Shown in pieces: positions 16,158 to 24,866 of a stretch of 32,000 nucleotides of DNA. The translations under genes and the position numbers were made by a program. The stretch comes from Desulfobulbus propionicus DSM 2032 (GTDB lineage: Bacteria > Desulfobacterota > Desulfobulbia > Desulfobulbales > Desulfobulbaceae). The notes under the pieces were generated by a model. That model had not been told where the DNA came from, did no database searches, and saw nothing but the letters and a program-made list of their open reading frames with translations. The stretch covers positions 150,001 through 182,000 of the forward strand of contig NC_014972.1 of the NCBI RefSeq assembly GCF_000186885.1. The letters run 5' to 3'. The stretch's first letter is position 1; each line of letters starts with the position of its first letter.

Positions 16158-17050
16158 CGCTGCCTCCGGTAAACGACCCAGAGGAACTCGTCGTTCGGGC
16201 CGAGTTCGCCCATGAACGGCGGGTTGGCGCCGGCGTCCCAGGTCGCGGTGGCCCGGCCGATGGGGTGCACCCCGCGGATGGACGGCCGGGCCAGGTTCAT
16301 CTTGTAGTGGCTCTTCACCCATACCGGCGTGTACGCGCAGCCGCACTCGGGTGCGGGGTCGCAGATGAGGCCGATGCGGTTGAGCTTGTAGAGCATCCGG
16401 TAGGCCGCGGTGGCATTGGCCTGAACGATGTTGTCATTGTCGACGTGGCCGGTCATGGGGTAGGTCAGGCCGCCGCTGCCCAGGCACCAGGGCATGGCGT
16501 CGAGTGGCCAGCCGGCGTTGGCCGCCACCGCGTCCGCGGTGCAGGCCAGCACCATGGCCTTGTTGGCAAAGAGCGCGGCCTCGGGCGTGAGCAGGGCCGC
16601 CAGTTCGTCGCTCTGCCAGAGCGGATCGAACTCGCTCCACCAGGTACCGTAGTCATCGCGGGCACAGAGCCCGACCATGAGCGGCAGGAGGAAGGCGTGC
16701 GCCTGGGCAAAGGTCGACTCGTTGGCCACGTCCACCGCGTCCGAGCTTTTGTTCTTGCCGCCCAGCTCATCGAGCAGCCCCCCACCCACCGACTGGCCGA
16801 GCATGGCCGAGTAGAAGGCCACCGAGGAGGTGTCGAGCAGCAGGAAGGGCTCCCAGTAGCTGACCACCAAGCCCGGCTCGACAAAGATCGGCGGTGGCCG
16901 CGGGCAGACGCAGACCCCCTCGATGGTGAACTCGATCTCCTCCCAGTGGATGTCGGTGAGCGGGTTGAACGGCACACCGGTCTTGGCCAGCGCGGGGACC
17001 GCGGTCAGCAGCAGGACCGTCAGAAGGAAACGTTTACCGGGGGCGACCAA
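16136..17050 (-). CDS. traU: F-type conjugal transfer protein TraU, 304 aa
   Basis: ORF 16136..17095. The likely start is the TTG at 17050, 6 nt after GGGAGG, which gives the signal peptide (M)VAPGKRFLLTVLLLTAVPALA. TraU signature: FNPLTDIHWEEIEFTIEGVCVCP ... SYWEP ... CLGSGGLTYPMTGHV. Confidence 0.88.
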   Translation of the reverse strand: MVAPGKRFLLTVLLLTAVPALAKTGVPFNPLTDIHWEEIEFTIEGVCVCPRPPPIFVEPGLVVSYWEPFLLLDTSSVAFYSAMLGQSVGGGLLDELGGKNKSSDAVDVANESTFAQAHAFLLPLMVGLCARDDYGTWWSEFDPLWQSDELAALLTPEAALFANKAMVLACTADAVAANAGWPLDAMPWCLGSGGLTYPMTGHVDNDNIVQANATAAYRMLYKLNRIGLICDPAPECGCAYTPVWVKSHYKMNLARPSIRGVHPIGRATATWDAGANPPFMGELGPNDEFLWVVYRRQRCCTCCE

Positions 17051-17666
17051 GGGACACCTCCCGGATGACGAGTTGACTGTCCTGCTCGACCACAATTGAC
17101 GGCACGGCCCGCAGTTGCAGACGCTGGGCGATGTCCTCGGTCAGGTAGACGACCGGCCGGACCAGTTCATCACGCAGCGTTGCGGCCAGACCGCCGCTCA
17201 GCAGGAGCAGCACCCGGTGGTTCGCGCCATAGGGCGAGCCCTTGAACCAGGACACCTGCTCCGAGTCGCTGCCGTCGATGACCACCAGCGCCCCGGACAG
17301 GGAGACGTACCGCAGCGGGTTGAAGGTAAAGCCGGCCGGGTAGTGGATGGTGCCCTGCGCATCGACCAGGTCCTGCTCCAGGGTGTGGGTCAGATCCACC
17401 ATCGTGGTCGTGTCCTTCGTTGCCCGCGGCAGGACGTGCAGGTTGGCCGGCTGATACCGTGCCTGGGCACTGCGCAGCTGCTCCACACCAACGTTGACCG
17501 CACGCTGCCGCAGTTCTTCGGCCAAATCAGATTCGATGACAGCCGAGGTCGGCCCGACCGGTTCCAACTGCACGATCTCCCCGGCACGGGCCAGCGGCAG
17601 ACAGGCCAGTAACAGGGTGCCACTGGCAAGCAACAGGGTGACAGTCAGCATCTCAAAGCGCACCAT
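17034..17666 (-). CDS. traW: F-type conjugal transfer protein TraW, 210 aa
   Basis: This is the inner part of ORF 17034..17888. ATG at 17666. The signal peptide is MVRFEMLTVTLLLASGTLLLACLPLARA. Its position between traC and traU, its size and the segment IHYPAGFTFNPL ... VVIDGSD fit TraW. Confidence 0.72.
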   Translation of the reverse strand: MVRFEMLTVTLLLASGTLLLACLPLARAGEIVQLEPVGPTSAVIESDLAEELRQRAVNVGVEQLRSAQARYQPANLHVLPRATKDTTTMVDLTHTLEQDLVDAQGTIHYPAGFTFNPLRYVSLSGALVVIDGSDSEQVSWFKGSPYGANHRVLLLLSGGLAATLRDELVRPVVYLTEDIAQRLQLRAVPSIVVEQDSQLVIREVSLGRPR

Positions 17667-20196
17667 CAGCCCTTCGCGCGACCATCTCCAGGATGGCCTC
17701 GTGATAGCTGGCCCCTGCCTGCACCATCCGCTCGATCTCGGCGATCTCGGTGGGCTTGGAGGTGTAGATGAAGTAGTCGTAGTCGTTGACCACCAGCCGG
17801 GCGACACCCAGGCCAAAGGGCGTGTCGAGGAAGATCTCCGAGTACTGGGGCGGGTTCGATTTGACGCTCCGCAGCAACTGGAGGACAAAGTCGTCGTAGT
17901 CGATCAGCCCCTGCTTGCGCGCCTGGTCGAAGTCCGAGGATTCGAGATAGATCTTGAAGGCCGAGTTGCCGTTCACCACCCGGCCGACCTCGCCGAAGCT
18001 GTCCAGGTCGAGTATCGACTGGGTGATGATCATGAAGCTGCCGTTGTACTTGCGCGCCCGCCGGTAGCCCTCGTTGACCACCGGAGCGAGCATGGCCGCC
18101 TTGCCCAGGAACTGCCAGGCCTCGTCGAAGATGATCAGCCGCGAGCGGGACCGGTCCGAGAGGTAGAGATCCTGGGTGACCGCGTTGAGCACCAGCAGGG
18201 TCACCACCCGGTAGAGGTCAGGCTGGATTTTCAGGTTCTCCAGTTCCAGCACCACAAACGCGTCCCGGTGGATGTCAAAGGTCGAGGGACCGACAAAGAA
18301 CCGGCCGTGAAAGCCGTGGCTGGTGAACTCGCGGATGTTGAAGGCGAGCTTGCGCGCCACCTCGACCAGGGCCGGGTTGTCGCCCATGCTGTCGAAGTCC
18401 GCATCCGGCACGTCCGGGAAGCGGGCCAGGAAATCGTAGACCGTGTCCGCATCGGCCGCCTGGCCGCACTGTTGCCAGGCCCAGCGCACCGCGTTGCGCA
18501 TCATGTTCAGCTCGGTGTCGTCGCAGCGGTCTGTGTCCGAGTTGGAGTAGGCCATCTGGGCGAACACCGCGGTCACCGACTTCAGCTCCTCCTCGGGTTC
18601 CTCGATGTTGGAGAAAGGGTTGAGACAGACCGTGGTGCCGGGCTGGAAGTCCAGGTAGCGGGCGCCGAGCATGCTGGCGATCTTCTTGTAGCTACCGCCG
18701 ATGTCGATGATCCGCACCAGGGTGCCGCAGGCGTGGTAGTTGTAGGCCAGGTAGTTGACCAGGAACGACTTGCCCGAGCCGGTGGTTGCGCCGCAGACGA
18801 TGTTGTGGTTGGGCGCGCCCTTGGCAAAGAAGTCGAGCGCGACCAGTTGGCCCTTGCGGCCGACAAAGAGCAGCCTGGGCGTGCCGCCGGTGCCGGCGAA
18901 GTCGCCCTGCACCGGTAGCAGCGGTGTGACCGCGGGCACCGGGGCGATGAAGTCCCGCTCCAGGTTGTCGATGTTGCGGCCGGAGGTGTAGAGGCAGAAC
19001 GGCAGGGCGGAGAGGAAGAGGATTTTCAGAATGAACGTGTCCTGCTGCATGACGTAGCCGTTGTCCTCCCACAGCCGCCGCGCCCGGGTGCAGGACTCCC
19101 TTGCCCGCTCCAGGTCCTGGTCCCAGACGAGCAGGATGGGGATGATGCGGACGAACTTCACCCCGTGCTCCAGGGCGTCGGTGGCCTCCAGGTGCTCCTC
19201 CTGCTTGCGCCGCAACAAGGGCGAGAGCGAGCCGATGGCCTGCTGGTTGAGCAGCAGGTTGCATTTGGCGTGGATCTTCGTCTCCAGCCCCTGTTCGAAG
19301 AGGAGGTTCAGGGTGTAGAGGAACCCGGTCTTGATCTGGTCCATGTCCGAGATCAGGCCCCAGATGCCGCCAAAGAGCGAGTTGGTCTGCAGCGGGTCGA
19401 TTTGGGCCGGGATGGTCTTGGGGGTGGTGCAGCAGAAGTGGTTCGCGCCCACCTGCAGGTGGTCGCCGTGGTCGCGGATGCGCGTGTCCGCGCTGAGGAT
19501 CTGCTTGCGCAGTGGCAGGGTCTGGTCGTAGGCGGAGAAGTTCTGTTCCGGATAGCCGTCCGGGTAGTGGTTGAACAGCCGCCGCGCCCATTCGAGCAGC
19601 GCCTCCGGCCGCAGGGGTCGGGGCGAGAGCAGGGCCGCCCGGAGGGTCTCGGCCAACTGCCGGCGGATGTCCTGGAGCGGCTTGGTCCGGTTGCGGTCCG
19701 CGAACTGCTCGGGCCGGGGCACCTCCGGGCTGTCGCCGGGCAGCTTGACCGCCACGAACAGGCGGAAGTTGCGTACCGGGATGTGGCTGCAGGCGGCGAG
19801 CCCGTTCCGGCCCGCGTCCATGAAGCGGACGATCTGCTCGGTGCTGGTACGGACGATGATGTCGTCCACGGTTCGGCTCTCACGGTAGCTGGTGAGGATC
19901 GGGCTGATGTGACTGTCCGCGTGGAGGATGAGCTGCAGCACGCTGCCCTTGGGCAGGCCGGCGCGGAACAGTCCTTCAAGCCCGGTGAGCGTCTTCGGGC
20001 CGGCAAAGGTGAGCGGCGTGCACTCCCACAACAGGCCCAGGCTGCAGTCCTGGTTGAGGTAGACGTCCAGGTCCGGGTCATAGGCCAGGTAGTTGAGGAA
20101 GGCCGAGAACGGGTGCCGTCGGGTCAGCCGGTCCAGGTCTGCCTGGCGGAGATGGGAGCCCGGTGCAAGGCCCAGGCGGCGCAGGAGGGAGCGCAT
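17653..20196 (-). CDS. traC: F-type T4SS ATPase TraC (VirB4 family), 847 aa
   Basis: Walker A is GATTGSGKSF and Walker B is RLIIFDEAWQFL. Size and operon position match TraC. The ATG at 20196 lies 2 nt after the traV stop. Confidence 0.93.
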   Translation of the reverse strand: MRSLLRRLGLAPGSHLRQADLDRLTRRHPFSAFLNYLAYDPDLDVYLNQDCSLGLLWECTPLTFAGPKTLTGLEGLFRAGLPKGSVLQLILHADSHISPILTSYRESRTVDDIIVRTSTEQIVRFMDAGRNGLAACSHIPVRNFRLFVAVKLPGDSPEVPRPEQFADRNRTKPLQDIRRQLAETLRAALLSPRPLRPEALLEWARRLFNHYPDGYPEQNFSAYDQTLPLRKQILSADTRIRDHGDHLQVGANHFCCTTPKTIPAQIDPLQTNSLFGGIWGLISDMDQIKTGFLYTLNLLFEQGLETKIHAKCNLLLNQQAIGSLSPLLRRKQEEHLEATDALEHGVKFVRIIPILLVWDQDLERARESCTRARRLWEDNGYVMQQDTFILKILFLSALPFCLYTSGRNIDNLERDFIAPVPAVTPLLPVQGDFAGTGGTPRLLFVGRKGQLVALDFFAKGAPNHNIVCGATTGSGKSFLVNYLAYNYHACGTLVRIIDIGGSYKKIASMLGARYLDFQPGTTVCLNPFSNIEEPEEELKSVTAVFAQMAYSNSDTDRCDDTELNMMRNAVRWAWQQCGQAADADTVYDFLARFPDVPDADFDSMGDNPALVEVARKLAFNIREFTSHGFHGRFFVGPSTFDIHRDAFVVLELENLKIQPDLYRVVTLLVLNAVTQDLYLSDRSRSRLIIFDEAWQFLGKAAMLAPVVNEGYRRARKYNGSFMIITQSILDLDSFGEVGRVVNGNSAFKIYLESSDFDQARKQGLIDYDDFVLQLLRSVKSNPPQYSEIFLDTPFGLGVARLVVNDYDYFIYTSKPTEIAEIERMVQAGASYHEAILEMVARRADGAL

Positions 20197-20197
20197 G

Positions 20198-20596
20198 TCA
20201 GTGCTCGCGAACCTCGGTGAGCACCCACTCGGCCGGTTCGATCTCCAGGTAGGCGTAGCGGCTCATGAACAGCTCGTTGGCTTCACCGCGGTAGGGTAGA
20301 AGGAGCACGCGCAGGATCTTCGGCGGATTGAGCAGGGGCGTCTCCGGCGCCGCCAGCAGATCGCTGATGGCCCGGTAACGCTCGCCCTGGGCCTCGTCCT
20401 GCACGGCACTGGTGGTCTCGGTGGCCGGATCCGGCACCCGGGCCTGGCGGTAGGCGGTGGGCGTGTCCACGCACTGGCCCTCGCTGTCCTTGGCCCGGCA
20501 GCGGAAGTTCTCCTCGTAGGGGTTGACCGCGTTCTTGACCGGACCGCAGCCACTCAGCACCACCATGGCCAGCAGGCCAATGCACATCCCTTTCAT
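20198..20596 (-). CDS. traV: F-type T4SS outer-membrane lipoprotein TraV, 132 aa
   Basis: Lipobox LSGC within MKGMCIGLLAMVVLSGC. The C-terminal segment is PKILRVLLLPYRGEANELFMSRYAYLEI. An ATGA overlap links it to the traB stop. Confidence 0.8.
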   Translation of the reverse strand: MKGMCIGLLAMVVLSGCGPVKNAVNPYEENFRCRAKDSEGQCVDTPTAYRQARVPDPATETTSAVQDEAQGERYRAISDLLAAPETPLLNPPKILRVLLLPYRGEANELFMSRYAYLEIEPAEWVLTEVREH

Positions 20597-21765
20597 CGCT
20601 TTCCTCCCGGTTGATGGCGGGCCAGCCCTTCACTGCGGATGTCCCTGATCTCCAGTTCCTTGCCCTCGGAAACAATCACCGTGACCTTCTTGGCCGCGCC
20701 CACCTCGATCACCGGCGTAGTCTGCTTGACCAGGTCGAGGTAGAAGTCACTCATGGTCTGCGCCCCCTGGGACAGGCCGGTGCCCAGGGCGGACTTGCCC
20801 ACCTGCGAGCTGTCGATGGTGGCGGTGGAACCGAGCGCCGAGGTCGAGGTGGTGGTGGCCGCGGCCTTGAAGGCATCGCCTGCGCCCTCGAACAGGCCGG
20901 CGACAATGGCCCGCACCGTGGCCGCGCCCATGCGCGACACCACCCGGCCGGACAGCCCGACCTTGGAGTCAGCGTCAGTGACGAACCCCTTGACCGGGGT
21001 GTCAATCACCGCCCGGCCCTCGTTGCTCAGGCAGGAGAGCGAGACCAGGCGCACATCGGCTCGTTCCTTGTCGAGCCGGCCCACGGCCTCGGCGACCACG
21101 AAGCAGCCGGACAACTCCGCCTTGACGTCGTTGGGCAGCACCGCCGGGGTCTTGATGCGCAGCAGCAACGGTTCCGGGCTGTTCTTGCTCGACCCGGAGG
21201 TGGCCGCGTCAAAGCCGGTGAGCAGGTTGGCCTCCATGAACGAGGGCGGCAGGTAGACCGTGCGGCGCTTTTGGCCGCCCAGATCCTTGGCCAGGGTGTC
21301 GTTCTTGACCACGGTGATCTTGCCGACCTTCTTGCGTTCCTTTGCCGGCACGGCCAGGCCGGGTGTCTCCATCCCGGCCGCCGGCAGGGGCGGCGGGAAG
21401 GATTCCCTGGCCCGCGCCACCGTGTCCGCGTCCGGGATCTCGGGCAGGGGTTCCTTTTTGGCAGCGGATTCTTGAGCAACCGCCCTCTCCTTGGCCACCC
21501 GGTCCAGTTCCCGCTGCATGGTGGTCACCAGTCCTTCCAGGTCTTCCAGCTTGCGGCGGTGTTCGCGGAAGATGGTCTTCTCCATCAGGTCCTCTTCGAG
21601 CCGCAGGTCCCGGCCAGCACTGTCGGCCTGGTCGTGCTTGCGGCCCGAGCGGGCATGGTAGCCGGTAACCGTCAGCGTGATCAGGAGGACACCGAGCACG
21701 GACCAGATGACCGTCTTCCGGCCTGCCGGCGTGAGTTGCTCGAACCGTTCGCGCAGGCGCATCAC
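20593..21765 (-). CDS. traB: F-type T4SS protein TraB (VirB10-like), 390 aa
   Basis: It has an N-terminal TM segment (VIWSVLGVLLITLTVTGY), a coiled-coil/Pro-rich linker and a C-terminal VirB10-like beta domain (LLRIKTPAVLPNDVKAELSGCFVVAEA ...). The GTG at 21765 and ATG at 21762 overlap the traK stop. Confidence 0.85.
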   Translation of the reverse strand: MMRLRERFEQLTPAGRKTVIWSVLGVLLITLTVTGYHARSGRKHDQADSAGRDLRLEEDLMEKTIFREHRRKLEDLEGLVTTMQRELDRVAKERAVAQESAAKKEPLPEIPDADTVARARESFPPPLPAAGMETPGLAVPAKERKKVGKITVVKNDTLAKDLGGQKRRTVYLPPSFMEANLLTGFDAATSGSSKNSPEPLLLRIKTPAVLPNDVKAELSGCFVVAEAVGRLDKERADVRLVSLSCLSNEGRAVIDTPVKGFVTDADSKVGLSGRVVSRMGAATVRAIVAGLFEGAGDAFKAAATTTSTSALGSTATIDSSQVGKSALGTGLSQGAQTMSDFYLDLVKQTTPVIEVGAAKKVTVIVSEGKELEIRDIRSEGLARHQPGGKR

Positions 21766-22541
21766 TCGCCTCCCGCGGACAGGGCCGTGTCCAGGGTTTC
21801 CATGGCGCCCGGATCCCGCTCCTTGCGTTCCACCACCAGCACCCGGGTCGAACCGCCGGGCTGCAGCCGGTGCTCGACCAGGGCCACGGCCAGGATCGGG
21901 TTGCCGATCCGGGCGTCAAGGAAGGTCTTTTCCGCGAGTTCGCTCTCCGTGCTCAGGCGCGAGGTCACCTGAAAGCTCTTGAGCCGCAACCCAACCCCGT
22001 CCACCTCGACTGTCTGCCGCAGGCTGACCTGCAGGTCCGGACAGAGAGTGACGTCTTCCTTCTGGTCGCTCACCCGGTAGCTGCCCGGGTAGGCGCCGCT
22101 GTAGCCCTCGCGCAGGAGCTGCACGGCCTGTTTCTCCAGCGGCAGGTTGCGGTAGCGCTCCAGGTTCTCGGCCACGGTCTCAGCCTTGGTCGCGGCCAGG
22201 CGCACGGTCACCGCGCTGGTCTCGGTCGGGGTACCGATCAGGGTGTAGACCGCGCCGTTGCACACCGCGTAGATCTCGCTCGGCTCATCAGGGTAGGTGC
22301 GCTTGCCGTCCGCCTCCTCGGCGATGAACTTGATGAAGGCGTTGTTGCCCGAGAAATGACCGGTCAGTCCCTTCTCCTCGGAGAAGATCAGGTCGGTCAT
22401 GGGGCCGGGGCAGACGATGCGGTTGATCTCCCGGCTGGAGAGTTCCACCAGGGTGGGTACCTCGGCCGGTACGCCGTTCTCCGCCAATCCTTCACCGGCT
22501 GCCATCAGGAGGCAGCAGGTCACGGCCAGGGTCGTTCTCAT
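21762..22541 (-). CDS. traK: F-type T4SS protein TraK (VirB9-like), 259 aa
   Basis: This is the inner part of ORF 21762..23309. The ATG at 22541 overlaps the traE stop. The signal peptide is MRTTLAVTCCLLMAAGEGLA. The segment LSSREINRIVCPGPMTDLIFSEEKGL is typical of the TraK N-terminus. Confidence 0.82.
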   Translation of the reverse strand: MRTTLAVTCCLLMAAGEGLAENGVPAEVPTLVELSSREINRIVCPGPMTDLIFSEEKGLTGHFSGNNAFIKFIAEEADGKRTYPDEPSEIYAVCNGAVYTLIGTPTETSAVTVRLAATKAETVAENLERYRNLPLEKQAVQLLREGYSGAYPGSYRVSDQKEDVTLCPDLQVSLRQTVEVDGVGLRLKSFQVTSRLSTESELAEKTFLDARIGNPILAVALVEHRLQPGGSTRVLVVERKERDPGAMETLDTALSAGGE

Positions 22542-23107
22542 GGTTGCTCCTCCGCGGGGTTGTCCTTTTCCTTGAAGCTCAGCAGGCTGAACCGGCCGTC
22601 CCGCACCTGGTAGGTGATCCGGTAGGTGCGGGTGGTGTTCTCCAGCCGGGTGGTGCCGGTGAACTGCTTGAGATCGCCGAACACCTCGATCAGATCCTCG
22701 GTCACCGAGAACTTCTCCGGGTAGAACACCGAGCTGACCTGCGACTCCTCGATCCGCCCGGCCAGCGAGTACCACCGGGCCGAGGCCTCGGGATAGGTCT
22801 CGGGCGCGTAGTAGACGAGCAGTTCGTTGAACTGGCGGCGGGCCGTGTGCGGTGAGTAGGTGGTGGCCAGGCTGACGACCCGCTGGCCGATCTCGCGCAG
22901 GTAGTCGTCGCTTGGCCGTCCCTGGACGAACTCCACCGTGCCGGTCATGTGCGGTGGGATGAGGATCACCCGCTGCAGGCGCACGGCCCGGTAGGTGAGG
23001 TAGGAGGTGGCCACCAGGCAGGCGCAGAGCACGATGACCAGGAACCGGAGCAGCTGGTTGGCGGCGAACAGGTTGCTGCTCTGCTGCAGGTAGGTGGTGA
23101 TCTTCAC
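22538..23107 (-). CDS. traE: F-type T4SS protein TraE (VirB5/8-position inner membrane protein), 189 aa
   Basis: GTG start at 23107. It has an N-terminal TM segment (LLRFLVIVLCACLVATSYL), then RVILIPPHMTG ... FELLVYYAP-type sequence. Its position between traL and traK fits TraE. Confidence 0.85.
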   Translation of the reverse strand: MKITTYLQQSSNLFAANQLLRFLVIVLCACLVATSYLTYRAVRLQRVILIPPHMTGTVEFVQGRPSDDYLREIGQRVVSLATTYSPHTARRQFNELLVYYAPETYPEASARWYSLAGRIEESQVSSVFYPEKFSVTEDLIEVFGDLKQFTGTTRLENTTRTYRITYQVRDGRFSLLSFKEKDNPAEEQP

Positions 23108-23382
23108 TCGTGAAACTCCTGCTGGAAGTACTCCGGGCAGTTGCGCATGCGCAGCAGTCCGCCCACGTAGAGCAGATGCTTGAGGAAGCCGCGCGGCTTC
23201 TGCCGCTTGGTCCGGATGTAGGCGTACTGGATGGCCACAAAGGCGATCCAGGCCAGCCCGCCGTAGACCAGGGCCACGGTGAGGGTGAACAGGAAGATGG
23301 CCAGCTCATCCATCTCGAACCACAGCACCTGGAAGGGTCGCGAGAGGTACTGGGGGAACTTGCGGGAGGATGAACCGGCCAT
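23104..23382 (-). CDS. traL: F-type T4SS protein TraL, 92 aa
   Basis: The segment FPQYLSRPFQVLWFEMDELAIFLFTLTVALV is characteristic of the TraL N-terminus. It overlaps the traE start. Confidence 0.85.
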   Translation of the reverse strand: MAGSSSRKFPQYLSRPFQVLWFEMDELAIFLFTLTVALVYGGLAWIAFVAIQYAYIRTKRQKPRGFLKHLLYVGGLLRMRNCPEYFQQEFHE

Positions 23383-23385
23383 GGC

Positions 23386-23706
23386 TCAGCTGATCAGAGC
23401 GCCGATGGTCTCGACCACGGTGTTGGCCCGCAGCAGGAAAGCCCCGCCGAGAACCACGCCGGCCGCCGGCAGGATCATCTGGCGGATGGCGAGGATTGCG
23501 GCCACGCACATGCAGGCCACGCCGCCGGTGAAACCGACCGGGCCGAGCAGGATCTGGTTGACGCCGATGTCGTACAGGTCATAGGCAAAGGAGCCGCTGG
23601 CCGGCACGGTCATGGCCAGGGCGTTACCCGCCTGCAGGAGGATCGCCAGCAGGGCGACCGGGGTGGTGCGGTGTACTCGTTGTCTCCAGGTTCTCATCCG
23701 CTGCAT
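23386..23706 (-). CDS. traA: Propilin, TraA-like (F-type pilin precursor), 106 aa
   Basis: It is the first small gene before traL. It has a long basic leader ending AGNALA, followed by two hydrophobic helices (ILLGPVGFTGGVACMCVAAILAI, LPAAGVVLGGAFLL). Confidence 0.7.
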   Translation of the reverse strand: MQRMRTWRQRVHRTTPVALLAILLQAGNALAMTVPASGSFAYDLYDIGVNQILLGPVGFTGGVACMCVAAILAIRQMILPAAGVVLGGAFLLRANTVVETIGALIS

Positions 23707-23710
23707 CTCT

Positions 23711-24280
23711 TTACGCTCCGTCGTGGTTGGTTATGGCTGCCGGCCGGGCAGGCGACTGGTCCACAGGGACCAGTGTCACCCGCCGGTTCAGGTGTCGTTT
23801 GGTCGGATTGGTGCTGACCGGATCCGTGGCGCCCTTGCCGCTGACCGTGGCCACTGTGTAGCCGCGGTCGCGGAGCAGGGTGGCGACCTGCTCGGCCCGC
23901 AGGCGGGAGAGGCGCAGATTCGTTGCCTCGGTGCCCAGGCTGCAGGTGTGACCGGTGACCACAAGCGGTGTAATCGGGTTGACCTGGCAGTGGCGCAGGC
24001 CGGAAATCAGCTGGTCGGTTTGACCGGGTTCCGGTTCGGTGCTGCCCAGCGGAAAGAGGATCACCGGCAATGAGCACGGAGCATCCGCGTTGGTTGCCTC
24101 TTCGGCGCAGGCCTGCCGGATCGATCCGCTCGTCCCGGTGATGAGGAAGGTGTCGCTCACCGCCAACCGCACCGGTCCTGCGACCAGGGACAGGCTCGCC
24201 GGCCTGATCACCCGCGCCCACAGTGGGGCGGGGGCAAGTAGCAGTCCGGTCAGCAACAGGCAGATGGTGCAAACGTTCAT
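23711..24280 (-). CDS. OmpA-family (OmpA_C peptidoglycan-binding) exported protein, 189 aa; first gene of the transfer operon
   Basis: The ATG at 24280 follows GGAG. It has a signal peptide, and a C-terminal segment VVTGHTCSLGTEATNLRLSRLRAEQVATLLRDRGY ... NRRVTL, which is the OmpA_C pattern. Confidence 0.8.
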   Translation of the reverse strand: MNVCTICLLLTGLLLAPAPLWARVIRPASLSLVAGPVRLAVSDTFLITGTSGSIRQACAEEATNADAPCSLPVILFPLGSTEPEPGQTDQLISGLRHCQVNPITPLVVTGHTCSLGTEATNLRLSRLRAEQVATLLRDRGYTVATVSGKGATDPVSTNPTKRHLNRRVTLVPVDQSPARPAAITNHDGA

Positions 24281-24404
24281 AGGCTCCTCTCACCCCCTTT
24301 TTCCCGGGGGGAGGACATGATTGCGGCCGTTCCGGGGGAAATTTTTTTCCCGCAGCCCCTCTGTCCCGATTCGGTAACCGCCAAGAAACGAAGTTTCTTC
24401 TTTC

Positions 24405-24866
24405 TTAGTTTGCGGTTTGTAAGAGACCGCAGGGCTCTTGATTTTCTTTGACCAGGTCCCGGTGCCGGGCCACCTGGGCACGGTTCCGGATGGTCAGCAC
24501 CCGCCGGAGTTGAGCCTTGGTCAGCTGGAAACGGAAGGTGGTCTGGATCTCGTCAACCACCAGCCGCACGGCGAGGCGCACACCCGGCTTGCTGTTGTAG
24601 AACCTCGAATAGGCGTACCGTTCCCACTTGCTGTTCAGGCTGACGGTGCGCAGGAAGCTCTGCCGTGTCTGCAGGGACATCCGGTTCAGTTGCGGCCGAA
24701 GGATTTCTTTGTTGCCCCAGACCTGCTCCAGCAGGCGCAGGCCAAGCAGATCCTCCCGACAGGGCGGATCCTGGATGAGGTGCTGCCGGTGCAGGTAGAG
24801 CAGCACCTTCCTGGGAATGGGTGAGTGGCGGGCGAAGTCATCGAGGGTGGGAAGCTGATCGTTCAT
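24405..24866 (-). CDS. Hypothetical protein, 153 aa, translationally coupled to the sigma-like gene
   Basis: ORF 24405..24866. Its ATG shares one base with the upstream TGA (CTGATGAAC). I recognise no family. It is basic and has no TM segment. Confidence 0.55.
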   Translation of the reverse strand: MNDQLPTLDDFARHSPIPRKVLLYLHRQHLIQDPPCREDLLGLRLLEQVWGNKEILRPQLNRMSLQTRQSFLRTVSLNSKWERYAYSRFYNSKPGVRLAVRLVVDEIQTTFRFQLTKAQLRRVLTIRNRAQVARHRDLVKENQEPCGLLQTAN

